Assembly: GCF_006345805.1 (NCBI RefSeq)
Contig: NC_042999.1
Coordinates: forward strand, 149,358,001-149,422,000
Direction: 5' to 3'
DNA length: 64,000 bases
Origin: Octopus sinensis
Taxonomy: Eukaryota
A program made the translations under genes and the position numbers. Numbering within the stretch: position 1 is the stretch's first letter; each line of letters begins with the position of its first letter. The notes under the pieces were generated by a model that worked only from the letters and a program-made list of their open reading frames with translations, was not told the origin of the DNA and ran no database searches. Shown here in pieces: positions 1-12,416 of this stretch.

Positions 1-190
1 AGATCTCAGGGAGAATCAGCGTGATACCAAGTGTGACAAGGATGGCCCTTTGAAATACAGGTATAACACATTTTCGCCAGCTGAATTGATGGGAGCAATG
101 TGAAATAAAACTCAAGGACATAATACGCTACTGGGAATTGAACTCATGACCTTACAACTGTGAGCTGAATACCCTAACCACAAAACCACG
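1..190 (-). mobile_element. tRNA-derived SINE (family D), truncated by the window edge
   Basis: Minus strand has an A-box-like gtggttagggta and a B-box gagttcaattcc. Related copies at ~13030-13280(-), 22090-22230(+), 26895-27085(+), 28805-29000(+), 57115-57355(-). Confidence 0.75.
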
Positions 191-3100
191 TGTCTTCTCT
201 CACTCACACAAAGCCACATAGAGAAAGACAAATACACAGACATTTAGTTTCACACAGGGACATGCTTTCTCCCTCCCCGCTCACACACACAATCATGCAG
301 TCACCTTCTCACAATCTCCCTCCCTTATTCACCCAATCCCTTTGTACTTTCAAAAACAAAAACAAAAAAAAAATATTAATTCTAAAACTAACGAGAGAAA
401 AATGAAATGTTAGTTTCCATCACTGAAACTAACTGGTCAAATACTTCACCAATATCCCTTCCTTTAAACTTTCAAACTAACAATGCCATACAGTTTGTTC
501 TACATTGTTCCCAAACAGCCAGCCACAGATATCTCACGGTTATTAGGAAGGTTTTCTCAATAAAATCCATTGTCAGCTAGGCTTCCAGGGATAAGAGAAG
601 AATGGCGATATTATTGTACACATGACCACAACAAATCTTTTAATCTTTAGGCACAAATGACTTTCTGAAAATATTATTGACACAAAGATATTTTGTCTTC
701 TGATTGTAATGCTCTGTTTTGTTAGTCACTTCATGTGTTGTTCAGGAAGTATTTCAACAATTTACAATGCTTTCACCCTACCGGCCATATATATATTGCA
801 GAGTTGAGATGGTTCTGTGTTGATGCTCACCAAGCTACTAAACTCTAGTAGCGACAAAGGGCATAAATGTTTGTACTTTACTTTTATATTGTGTACTTCT
901 TTCTTCTTGTTTGCATGTGTGTGTGTGTGTGCATATATAAATACACACACTCACACAAATATACACACGCATATGCATACATGCACACACACACACACAC
1001 TCATATTATATGAGCACAATGATGATAATGATGAAGATATATATACACACACACATCATCAGCATCACCACCACCATAATCTAACACCCATTTTCCATGC
1101 AAGTGTGAGTTGGACGGTTTGACAAGAGCTGGTCAACTAGAGTGCTGTGCCAAATTCTATTACCTATGGTTTCTACAGCTAGATACCCTTCCTAATACCA
1201 ACCACCTTACAGAGTGTACTGGGTGCTTTTTTTTTTCATGGCACAAGAACTGTGGGGTCACCAAGTAATTTGCAAGACAAAGTCTCCACAACTGGGAAGG
1301 GATGGAGGGATGTGGCTTTGTGCCAGGTGATGAGGGGGTTAGAAAAATAACGGAGGGATAGAAATAGGTGTCTTACTGTAGAAAAGATACAAAAATATCC
1401 CAGTTGGAGGAGGAGTCTTAAAGAGAAAGATAGAGATGGTGGTAGATATGTGTCAGGACATACCCTCAAGGTACAGTGAGGAGGGGTGTGATTATAGGCG
1501 AAGTGATACAGTATATTGGTATGAGTGAGGGGGCTGGGGAACAGAGGGTAAGTTTCATAAGAATGTGAGGGAAGATGGTCAGATGAGACAGATGTGTCTA
1601 TATACACACATCTATCTATCTATCTATATATATATAGATAGATAGATAGACAGACAGATGTGACTATACACACACACACACACATTTTGAGAAGACTCAT
1701 CAAGCAAAATCACAGTCGTGGCAGATACCAGTGTCATGCAAATTGGCACCTGTGCTGGTGGCATATAAAAACACCCTGGTGTCACGTAAACAGCACCCAT
1801 GCTGGTGGCATATAAAAGCACCCATTACACTCTCGGAGTAGTTGGCGTTAGGAAGGGCATCAAGTTGTGGAAAACCATGCCAAATCAGACTGGAGTCTGG
1901 TGCAGCCTTCCAGTGTGCCAGCCCGGTCAAACCGTCCAACCCATGCCAGCATGGACAACGGATGTTAAATGACGATGATGATATAGACATATATACATAC
2001 CTTTAGGTATACACACACACATATATATAGAGAGAGACATATACATAGACAAACAAATACATAAGCACCCAGCACACTCTGTAAAGTGGTTGGCATTAGG
2101 AAGGGCATTCAGCCACAGAAACCATGCCAAACAGACACTGGAGCATGATGCAGTCCATATGACTTGGATCCTGTTGAACTGTCCAAATTATGCCAATATG
2201 GAAGTAATGAAGATGGACATTAAATGATAGTGATGGTGATGGTAAGTATAAATATGGCCATGTAGTTGAGGTGTTTGCATCTCAACACATACAGTCCTAG
2301 ATACACAAGCATGGTTGTAGCTTGTATTTAAGCACTGGTAGTTTTTCTCAGCTGCATTGCAACTGGATAAAAATAAGGTAAAATATAGAAATGTGGATAA
2401 CTATTTTGGGACCCCGTGCCAGTGGCACATAAAAAGCACCATCCGATCGTGGCTGTTTGCCAGCCTTATCTGGCACCTATGCAGGTGACATGTAAAAAGC
2501 ACCCACTACACTTGCGGAGTGGTTGGCGTTAGGAAGGGCATCCAGCTGTAGAAACACTGCCAGATCAGACTGGGCCTGGCGCAGCCTTCTGGCTTCCCAG
2601 ACCCCAGTTGAACCATCCAACCCATGCTAGCATGGAAAATGGACGTTAAACGATGATGATGATGTAGCAAGTGACCCAAGATGAAGTGGGAAAGTGTAGG
2701 TATTGCAGATAAGAAGAAAAATCACCTGGTAGGGTGAGGGAGAGAGACCTCAAACAACTGAGGTCACATACTCTAAATGCAGCTCAAAGACCCTTTCAGG
2801 AAACAGAATCTTACAAACACATGTGTGACTGTCCGCTTAAGAAGCTTGCTTCCTAACTATATGAGCTTGGTTTCAATCCTACTCCATGGCATCTTGAACA
2901 AGTGTCTTCAACTATAATCCCAGGCTGACCAAAACCTCATGAGTGGATTTTGTTGATGGAAACTGAAAGAAGCTCAACATGTGTGTGTGTGTGTGTGTGT
3001 TTTGATATCATGTGATGATTATAAACGAGCATCGCTGTCATATAATTAATGTCCTTTTCCAGTCTTTGATGTAAAATGTGTCTGGCTCCAAGGGAATATT

Positions 3101-3242
3101 ATTTTGCATGGAAACAAGATATATAATGAAAAGAAGAACCACAAAGTAGAAAGAGAGAAAAAAGAGAAAGGGAAAAGAAAAGGCAAAGGAAGAAGAGAAA
3201 AAAGAAGAAAATAAAATAAAAAGAAGAAGAGTAAAGAGTTAC

Positions 3243-3370
3243 CTCTTAGATAAATTCGATTGCCTTGTACTCGGGTGGCTAAGCTGTACAATGGTAATGC
3301 TGAATTAGAACCTTCAAGGTAAAACTCTATTGTATTTACATCTACATTTAGTCTTGGTGCCAAAAGGTCT
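3243..3370 (-). CDS. PLEKHG5: PLEKHG5-like exon, second half of RBD-like domain: (Q)DLLAPRLNVDVNTIEFYLEGSNSALPLYSLATRVQGNRIYLR(G)
   Basis: Acceptor ctttctttatttcag|A and donor GAG|gtaact; 128 nt, phase 2 to 1. YLEGSNSALPL resembles PLEKHG5 YLDQSNTPLSL (recalled). Confidence 0.88.
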
Positions 3371-3603
3371 CTGAAATAAAGAAAGTAAGCCATTCAAACT
3401 TTGATCACACACATATTTATATACATATATATTGAAAGATACAAAGAATATTGATCACTACAATTGTTTTGACCCATCTAGCATTGGTCTTTTGTGAGTG
3501 GGGTACAGTACATCTGGTTTAGGTGTATCCCTTGGTGTATATAGGCCTCCTCAGGTGATTTCAAGAGGTATCTTGTTAAAATAAACTTCCTCTCATTAAT
3601 TAC

Positions 3604-5202
3604 AGTTGTGGCAGATGCCCCCAGGTGAGAAGTGGGTTGGTCCACTTCTAATAAATAGTGGACTGACACAGTCAGTAATGTCAGTCATTGAGGTACGCAG
3701 TTCAAGCCAGTCCTGCAGAGACAACAAAATATGTCATAATGCAGGACATAACAGTAGCAACGAGGATTCGTAGCTCACACAGCCACTGATATGTAGTAGC
3801 AGGACATATCAGTGGCAACAAGGATACCTCCCACTGTATAATGGTGTCGTTATAACAGTGGTAACGAGGTTACAAACGCTCGTAGGCGTGTCAAAATAGA
3901 AGACCTATGTTCAAGAACAGTGATAAAAAGTTTGAAGGATTCAAACTGTAACACAGAATTGAAAAATTGTCTGGTAAAATTGGAACTCTAACACAGAATT
4001 GAACTTCACACAGTGAAAAGTAGTTTACACACAGTGAAAAATATATATAAAAAAAAAGATTCTGGAAAAAAAAAACACTAACACAGAATTGAACTTCACT
4101 TAGTGAAGTAATATACACACAGTGAAAAAATATATATATAAAAAAAAAAGATCCTGAAGAAAAAAAAATGTCTGATAAAACTGGAACTCTACACAGAACA
4201 GAACTACACACAGTGGAAAATAATTCTTTGTGGAAGAAAAAATAATAATAAGTCTGTTCGAAAGATTTATAAATTAGGGTGCTATATATAGTAGTGCTAC
4301 TAGTAATAATGTAGACTTGGTATTACATGCGGCATTTTGAAAAAACAAAATCTATGGTTGTGTGGAAAAAAAAATAAGTCCATTTGAAGGATTTATAAGT
4401 CAGGTCACTATATGTAGTAGCGCTACCAGTATTAATGTGGACCTGTGGCATTTTGAAAAAAAAAAAAAGGTTCTGTGTGGAACAAAAAATAATTCGGGTT
4501 AGAAGAAAAAAAATGAAAAGAATTAACGATAAATTTAAAGCAAGTCATGCCAAAATATTTCAAATGTAAGCAGATATCATCTGTTGAAATTGAAAACAAA
4601 CCAGTTGCTAAGAAAGTTAAAATGGACAAAGAAAATGCAAGCCATTTTATGATTGAGGATACTAAACAAGTCCTCCTTGAAAAGACTCCAGATTAAATGT
4701 TGATGGAAGTGACTAGTGAAGAACACATAGAAAATTCTGAAATTAGAGAATCTGAGCCATTTGTTACAGGAAAAGGTCCTTCTACCGAAAAGGCTTCATT
4801 GAAGAATTGTTCTAATGCAAACACTTTAAAGGATAAAAGTTTGCAGGTCTGCTGAGAAAAGTGTAACAAAAGAAAAAGTCGTAGAAATGAAAAATATATG
4901 TATAATAATGTCGTGTAATTTTTGAAAAATATATATATATATACACACATATATATAATTCTGTGTAGAACAAGAAAATATATGAATAAGAAAAATCATT
5001 CTGGTTAGAAGAAAAAGTAATGAAAATAAAAAATCTCAAAGGGTAGAGGTGTTGTGGCAGATATCTTCAGGTGAGAAGTGGGCTGGTCCACTACTAATAA
5101 ATAGTGGACTGACACTGTCAGTAATGTCAGTCAGTGAAGTATGCTGTTTGGGCCAGTCCCACAGAGATAATGAAATACGTCACCATAATGCAGGACATAA
5201 TT
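3604..5202 (+). mobile_element. Small non-autonomous LTR retrotransposon (Gypsy-like/TRIM-like), degenerate
   Basis: ~150-bp direct repeats at 3604-3753 and 5050-~5202. The 3' copy starts TGTTG, the 5' copy ends CA, and both contain AATAAA. PBS-like TAGCAACGAGGAT at 3755; purine tract aaagggtagagg at 5038-5049 directly before the 3' repeat. No clean TSD. Confidence 0.7.
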
Positions 5203-6324
5203 ATACACCCAATGAACACTAAGCTAATGAACGTTTTTGAACAGCAAATTATCAGCTGTATATTATACAATTTATTAAATAATATAATATAATATATATA
5301 TATATATATCATCATCATCATCATCATCGTTTAACGTCCGCATTCCATGCTAGCATGGGTTGGACGATTTGACTGAGGTCTGGCGAACCTGATGGCTGCA
5401 CCAGACTCCAATCTTGATCTGGGAGAATTTTTACAGCTGGATGCCCTTCCTAAGGCCAATCACTCTGAGAGTGTAGTGGGTGCTTTTATGTGCCACCAGC
5501 ATGAGGGCCAATCAGGCGGTACTGGCAATGGCCATGCTCAGATGGTGCTTTTTATGTGCCACCTGCACAGGAGCCAGTCCAGTGGCACTGGCAATGACCT
5601 CACTTGAATATTTTTTCATGTGCCACCATGCTGGGGAATCACCTTGAAGAAATTAGTTAAATGAATCATCCCCAGTATATATATTAATTTTTAAATCCAC
5701 TTACCATGGATTGGAAAGTTTGACAGGAACAAGTAAACTAGAAGACTGTACCACACCCTACTCTCTGCTTTAGCATGGTTTCTATGGTTGGACGCCCTGC
5801 CTAATACCAACCATTTTGCAAAATGCAATGGGTGCTTTTTATGTGACACCAGCACTGCTATGGTCACTAACTAACTTGAATAGCATGGTACCTTCAGCAG
5901 AGGAGAAGCAGTATGGATAGAAACAGGTGTCTTGTTGTAGAGGAGATACATGACTACTCAGTTTGGAGGAGTGGAGAAGAGAAAGAGAAGATGGTGAATA
6001 AGATTTGTTGGGATGTAACCTTGAGTTACAAGGATGTGTATATAAGTGAGGTGGTACAGGGGATTGGATAAGGTGAGTGGGTGGTTAAGTTCACAAGAGT
6101 TCTAAAGGTAAGTGGGAGATATAGGGGAGAGAAATGCATTGAATGGTGAACACAGGTGGAGGGAAGGAGGTGTTAGGAAGATGAGTTGTTGCATAGAAAT
6201 TTGTAAGGGACAAACTGCGTGCAGGGGCAAAGACATAAACCTTTAGTGCCTCAATCTTACTTAGAAGGATAGGTTTTCTCAAGCATTGCAAATCGCTAAT
6301 CATCCTGGTTCTTTGTCATCTCAA

Positions 6325-6900
6325 TGATGCTGAACATCTAGAGATCACCACTTCTTTCTGCATATTTCAAGGTTTTTTTTTGCCCCCACCGGTTTCATCC
6401 ACATTTAGCAATTGGCACACTTCTTTATGCAGCTGTCCTCATCCATAAGTATGACATGACCATACCAGTACAATCTTTTCTCTCTTGTGCACATCTGATG
6501 CCTCCTTTACTCAATTTTTTCTCAACACATTTCAACTTTGTCATACATGCACACTGACATTGCACATCCAGCAGAGAATGCTGGCCTAATTTCTTTCAAG
6601 CCTCCATATCCTCTGCATTCACAGCCCTTGTTTTACTTGTGTAGCATGGCTGTTCATACACAAGCACTGTACAATCTGTCTTTCTCTTTGAAAGAAAGGC
6701 CTTTTATTGCCAACAAAAGTAATAGCTCTCTGACCTTTCTCCAGCCAATTTTTGTTCTAGCAACTACACTTTCAGAGCATCCACCTCCACTGCTAATTAG
6801 GTCACCTAAGTAACAGAAACTATCAACTACCTCTACAGATCCTCCTGAGCATTTAAGAAAATCTATTTCATGTAGTTTTATATTTGGTTTGCAAGATTCT
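6325..6900 (-). mobile_element. RTE-clade LINE fragment (RT C-terminal region)
   Basis: Translation VEVVDSFCYLGDLISSGGGCSESVVARTKIGWRKVRELL...RLYSACV; the YLG motif and following segment are typical of RTE elements. Confidence 0.8.
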
Positions 6901-7000
6901 TGATATGAATCCATATGTTGAAACAAATATTGTCTGAGGAAGGTCATCACACCAATAATAACATACACATGCACTGGTTCAATATCCCAGAGCATGTGTT

Positions 7001-7370
7001 TATTACTTCTGCCTTAGCAAAGGTGGAGGTATTGTTTTCAGTTGTGTCTGTTTGTTTGTCTGTGGACAAGGTATCTCAAGAACCGCTAGATGGATTTGGA
7101 TGAAACTTTCAGGGATGTTTGGCCTTATGACTGGCATGAGCTGATTAGATTTTGGGATCAATCTGGTACCAGACAAGGATTTCGGATTATTTTTTCGTTT
7201 TTTTTTTTACTTAATTTTTGAGAGTGGTCAGGTTCATTTTTAGTATTCTTGTTTGTGAGAGCAGTTGAGCTTATTCCAGAAATTCTCATTTTAAAAATCA
7301 TCCCTGGCTAATCATTGAGAGGATGTTGGTGTTGCCTTGGTGGAAGTTTGCACTCTCTGAGTGCTCTTTT
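7001..7370 (+). mobile_element. Helentron-associated non-autonomous element (HINE/DINE-1-like)
   Basis: 5' acttctgccttagc...ggtggaggt, then a ctgt-type microsatellite and ggatttggatgaaactt. The 3' end has ccttggtggaagt plus the terminal hairpin gcactc-tct-gagtgc before a T-run. Confidence 0.65.
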
Positions 7371-8423
7371 TATTATTGGTGCAATGACCCAATAAAGCAC
7401 AACAATATTTCATGTGTGTTCTAAGTGCTTATTGTTCCTACACATATGACAGGCTTCTTTCAGTTTCTATCTATCAAATTCACAATCAAGGCTTTGGTCT
7501 GCCCAAAAGCCATAATACAAAACACTTGCTCAAGGTGTCATGCAGTGGAGCTAAATGTAAAACCATTTGGTTGGGAAGCAAACTTCTTGTTAAGCAGTCA
7601 TACTTGAACCTCAAAGCCATGCCTGCATCTCTCGGAGTTCATTTAGATTCACAAATGGAAGGGGAAAAAAGATATATTCATTAAATTGCAAAAGGGATAT
7701 GTATTTTATTTCTGAAGGTGAAAACACTTCAGAAGTTAGCCAAAGGTCTCAAGTTTCATATATAACACTTGTTAAACTTTAACAAGTTGTTGATGAAACT
7801 GAAGCTCCTCAGCTGAATATGAGAGAGAGAAAGAGGGTTTTTTTCCAATTAAGAGGTAAATTTCAATAAACTAAACATTTTTGCTTACCATTTTCAGTAC
7901 ATCATTCTTTAAATTATTGAAATTTAAGTCAACGATCCTATGGAGTTATTTCCCTTGGCTCATATCATTTACTTATTTATTTTAATTACACAGAGTATAT
8001 TGGCCCCAAATCTTTATAAGTCTTTTTCTATATGAAACACTCACTAATAACTTATTAATGCAGGCTTCAGTAGATTAAACACTGCTGATAAGGTCTAATT
8101 AGGCCAAAACATGTTCATAGCGATCTTCTTGCCTGCTAACAAAGATTAGACCTTCCCCTAAGCATGCCATGTAAGTTTGACTGTTAATTTCTTGAAGTTA
8201 TCTCCCCCATTTACTGAAAGCATGGCTTATAATTTTTTTTTTCTTCAACAAGGAGAAAAATTTTCATTAATTAAGAATCATTTTATGTACATCATTCAGT
8301 ACATCCCTTCTTAAGCAACTTGCTTTCAGGTGTTTTTCCAACCACTGTTTTCAGGTTTGCAGTTATTTTAGTGAGCAAGATACTTTTAAGAACTGAACTA
8401 ATAATACAGAATGGAAGAAGTGG

Positions 8424-8492
8424 AGGAAGAGGGAAGAAAGTAAGAAAGAGAGATATATAGAAAGAAAAGAAGGACAAAGAAAGCTAACTAGG

Positions 8493-8551
<59 letters not shown>

Positions 8552-9700
8552 GTATACAGACAGACTCATATATAGAAGAGCAGGCAGAGAGACAAACAGG
8601 TTGGCAAGTAGGCAAACAGAGAGAGAGAGAGAGAGACAGATAGATAGATAGATAGATAGATAGAAAGATAGATAGACAGACAGATAGATAAGTAGATAGA
8701 TAGATAGATAGATAAATGGGTAGATAGATGGATAGATAGATGGGTAGATAGATGGGTAGATAGATGGGTAGATAGACGGGTAGATAGACGGGTAGATAGA
8801 CGGGTAGATAGACGGGTAGATAGACGGGTAGATAGACAGACAAATAGATAGACGGGTAGATAGACAGACAAATAGATAGACAGACAGACAGACAGATAGA
8901 AACATAGGTAGGTAGGTAGACAGATAGACAGGTAGAGAGATAGATAATAGACAGGTAGACAGGCAGACAGATAGATAGACAGAGAGACATCGACCGACAG
9001 AGACAGACAGACAAGCAGTCAGACAGATAGATGGATTGACAGACAGAAGACAGACATAGAAAGATTGATAAGATAAAATAATGAAATAAAGTCTGAAATA
9101 GAGAAACAGAAATGAAAAATAAGAAGGATGAAAAGAAAGAAGTTTGTGAGAGAAAAAAAAAATGAACATTTCAGACATTCTTGGTAACAAGTCTGAGTGT
9201 AAGTGTGTGTATGTGTGTGTGTGAGTATGAGTGTATTGATGTGTATATGTGTATGTATGCGTATATATGTGAGTGAGAAAGAGATGTGCATACTCTATGT
9301 ATGTGTGTGTGTGTGTGTGTACATATAAATGTGAGTATGAACATGTACAGTGTATGTGTGTGTATGTATGTGTATATGCGTATATATGCGAGAGAGAGAG
9401 AGAGAGAGAGGGAAATGTGCACTAAGTATCATAGATACTCTATGTATGTATGTATGTGTGTGTGTGTGTACATATAAATGTGTGTATGAACATGTAGTGT
9501 GTGTGTGTATGTGAGAGAGAGAAAGAGAGAAAGAAAGAGAGAGAGAAAGAAAAGGAAAGAGAGAGAGAGAAAGAGAGAGAGAAAGAGAAAGAGAAAGAGA
9601 GAGAGAGAGAAATGGTGAGGAGAGGGGATGCTTGTGTTAGAGAGATGAGAGAGAGAAAGAGAGAGAAATAACGGGAATGAGAGAGAGAGAGAGAGAGAGA
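8424..9700. repeat. Compound microsatellite block: (TAGA)n, 12-bp gggtagatagac units, (GT)n, (GA)n
   Basis: Visible directly; explains the YPSI/LPVY/LSTR ORFs. Confidence 0.95.
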
Positions 9701-10046
9701 GGTAGCTGTATTAGATTCCTGTGGTTGCGACTCAAGTATTTTTAACATTAATCAAACCTCATGTGTTATAATTAATTAACCTAACGGAGCTTCTCACACT
9801 TACAGGCCGAAGACATACTGAGCAGAAACTATATTTAAGACTGGTTACTTTGTATATTGCAATGTGCGTATGTATATGCATATGTATGTATATGAGCATA
9901 TAAGCATTTGTGCATATGTGTGCATTTGTGAGAGTGTGTGCCTTGGATGTACATGTGTAAGTGCATCTTTGAGTAGTGTAAAAGTGCATATATGAGTGTG
10001 TGCATGCATACATATATATGCAACATATATACAGATATACATGATT

Positions 10047-10118
<72 letters not shown>

Positions 10119-10162
10119 GTATACATACAAATGTGTGTACACACATGCACATATGTATACAT

Positions 10163-10221
<59 letters not shown>

Positions 10222-11052
10222 TACAAATTATACACACACAGGTATGCACACACAAACACAAATATATATATATACATACACACATACAAATTTAATATAC
10301 GTGTATGTGTGTGTGTATTATATATATATATATATTATATATATATACACACAAATTTATTATACATGTGTGTGTGTATGTGTGTGTGTGTATATGTACC
10401 TGTGAGCATGTATTTGTGAGTGCATGTAAAGGTGTATACCTATGCAAGTGTTTCTTTGTGTAAATGTATGTATATATGTGCATCTGCGTGTGTGCATATG
10501 CCCATGTTCATATGCCTGTGTGCATTTGTACATGTGTATAAAGGCATTTGCTTGTATGTGTATGTGTGTTTATGTAAGGGTGTGTATTCAGGACACTAAA
10601 AAAATAAACCTACCAGTAAAGAAACCTAGCAACACCTTAGAATATTAATTACGTTTTTGTATTTACATAATATGTGGTTGGTATTAAGACAGACTAGTAA
10701 AGGGGTGTATAATAGATATGTTAACATGTGTACTGTACAGATGCAGGCGTGGCTGTGTGGAAAAAAAGCTTGCTTTCCAACCCATGTGGCCTTTGGTTCT
10801 GTCCCATTGTGTGACTTTTGGGCAAGTGTCCTCTCCTATAGCCACAGGCCAACCAAAGCCTCGTAAGTGGATTTAGTAGACAGAAACCAAAAGAAGCTCA
10901 CCATGTGTGTGTATGTGTGCATGTTATTGTGTATGTATACATGTATGTTAGTGTGTGTGTTATATATTGACTGGTTTCCTCCATAGGCTTGGCTAATGCT
11001 TAGATACTGAGGTCTAGTTTTGGAAGATTCTGTTGCATGAATGTATATATAT

Positions 11053-11133
<81 letters not shown>

Positions 11134-11158
11134 TTTATTAAAACGCAGCGAAAATATC

Positions 11159-11208
11159 ACAAAACTGTTACTCCGAGTTTCTCATTCCTGTTCATCGGAC
11201 AATTTTGT
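11159..11208 (-). ncRNA. Type-I hammerhead ribozyme-like motif (variant core), copy 1
   Basis: Minus strand: ACAAAATTGT-CCGATGA-ACAGGAATGA-GAAA-CTC-G-GAG-TA-ACAGTTTTGT. 10-bp stem I, GUA cleavage triplet, palindromic stem III. U4C change and an A.A mismatch at the base of stem II. Confidence 0.7.
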
Positions 11209-11375
11209 TTTATTTGTGATATATTTTTGCTGCTTTTTAATAAAGCATATTACTCTACCTCTGGTATTTTTTCCATCTTGTTTCACATTTATGTGATTAC
11301 TCTGGTATATATATATATATATATATATATATCATCATCATTTAACGTCCGCTTTCCATGCTAGCATGGGTTGGA

Positions 11376-11427
<52 letters not shown>

Positions 11428-11511
11428 TACAAATTATACACACACAGGTATGCACACACAAACACAAATATATATATATACATACACACATACAAATTTA
11501 ATATACGTGTA

Positions 11512-11561
<50 letters not shown>

Positions 11562-12260
11562 AATTTATTATACATGTGTGTGTGTATGTGTGTGTGTGTA
11601 TATGTACCTGTGAGCATGTATTTGTGAGTGCATGTAAAGGTGTATACCTATGCAAGTGTTTCTTTGTGTAAATGTATGTATATATGTGCATCTGCGTGTG
11701 TGCATATGCCCATGTTCATATGCCTGTGTGCATTTGTACATGTGTATAAAGGCATTTGCTTGTATGTGTATGTGTGTTTATGTAAGGGTGTGTATTCAGG
11801 ACACTAAAAAAATAAACCTACCAGTAAAGAAACCTAGCAACACCTTAGAATATTAATTACGTTTTTGTATTTACATAATATGTGGTTGGTATTAAGACAG
11901 ACTAGTAAAGGGGTGTATAATAGATATGTTAACATGTGTACTGTACAGATGCAGGCGTGGCTGTGTGGAAAAAAAGCTTGCTTTCCAACCCATGTGGCCT
12001 TTGGTTCTGTCCCATTGTGTGACTTTTGGGCAAGTGTCCTCTCCTATAGCCACAGGCCAACCAAAGCCTCGTAAGTGGATTTAGTAGACAGAAACCAAAA
12101 GAAGCTCACCATGTGTGTGTATGTGTGCATGTTATTGTGTATGTATACATGTATGTTAGTGTGTGTGTTATATATTGACTGGTTTCCTCCATAGGCTTGG
12201 CTAATGCTTAGATACTGAGGTCTAGTTTTGGAAGATTCTGTTGCATGAATGTATATATAT

Positions 12261-12341
<81 letters not shown>

Positions 12342-12366
12342 TTTATTAAAACGCAGCGAAAATATC

Positions 12367-12416
12367 ACAAAACTGTTACTCCGAGTTTCTCATTCCTGTT
12401 CATCGGACAATTTTGT
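12367..12416 (-). ncRNA. Type-I hammerhead ribozyme-like motif, copy 2 (duplicated)
   Basis: Identical to 11159-11208 at offset 1208. Confidence 0.7.

Noticed and set aside
4303-4311. CRESS-virus-like nonanucleotide CATTATTAC on the minus strand
   Set aside because: Only a 3-bp flanking stem, no Rep ORF, and degenerate in the adjacent repeat copy; chance match in AT-rich DNA.
9776-9850. Strong donor CCT|gtaagt and nearby micro-exon options
   Set aside because: No convincing acceptor or required phase; similar isolated donors at ~538, ~820 and ~7889 are equally unsupported.
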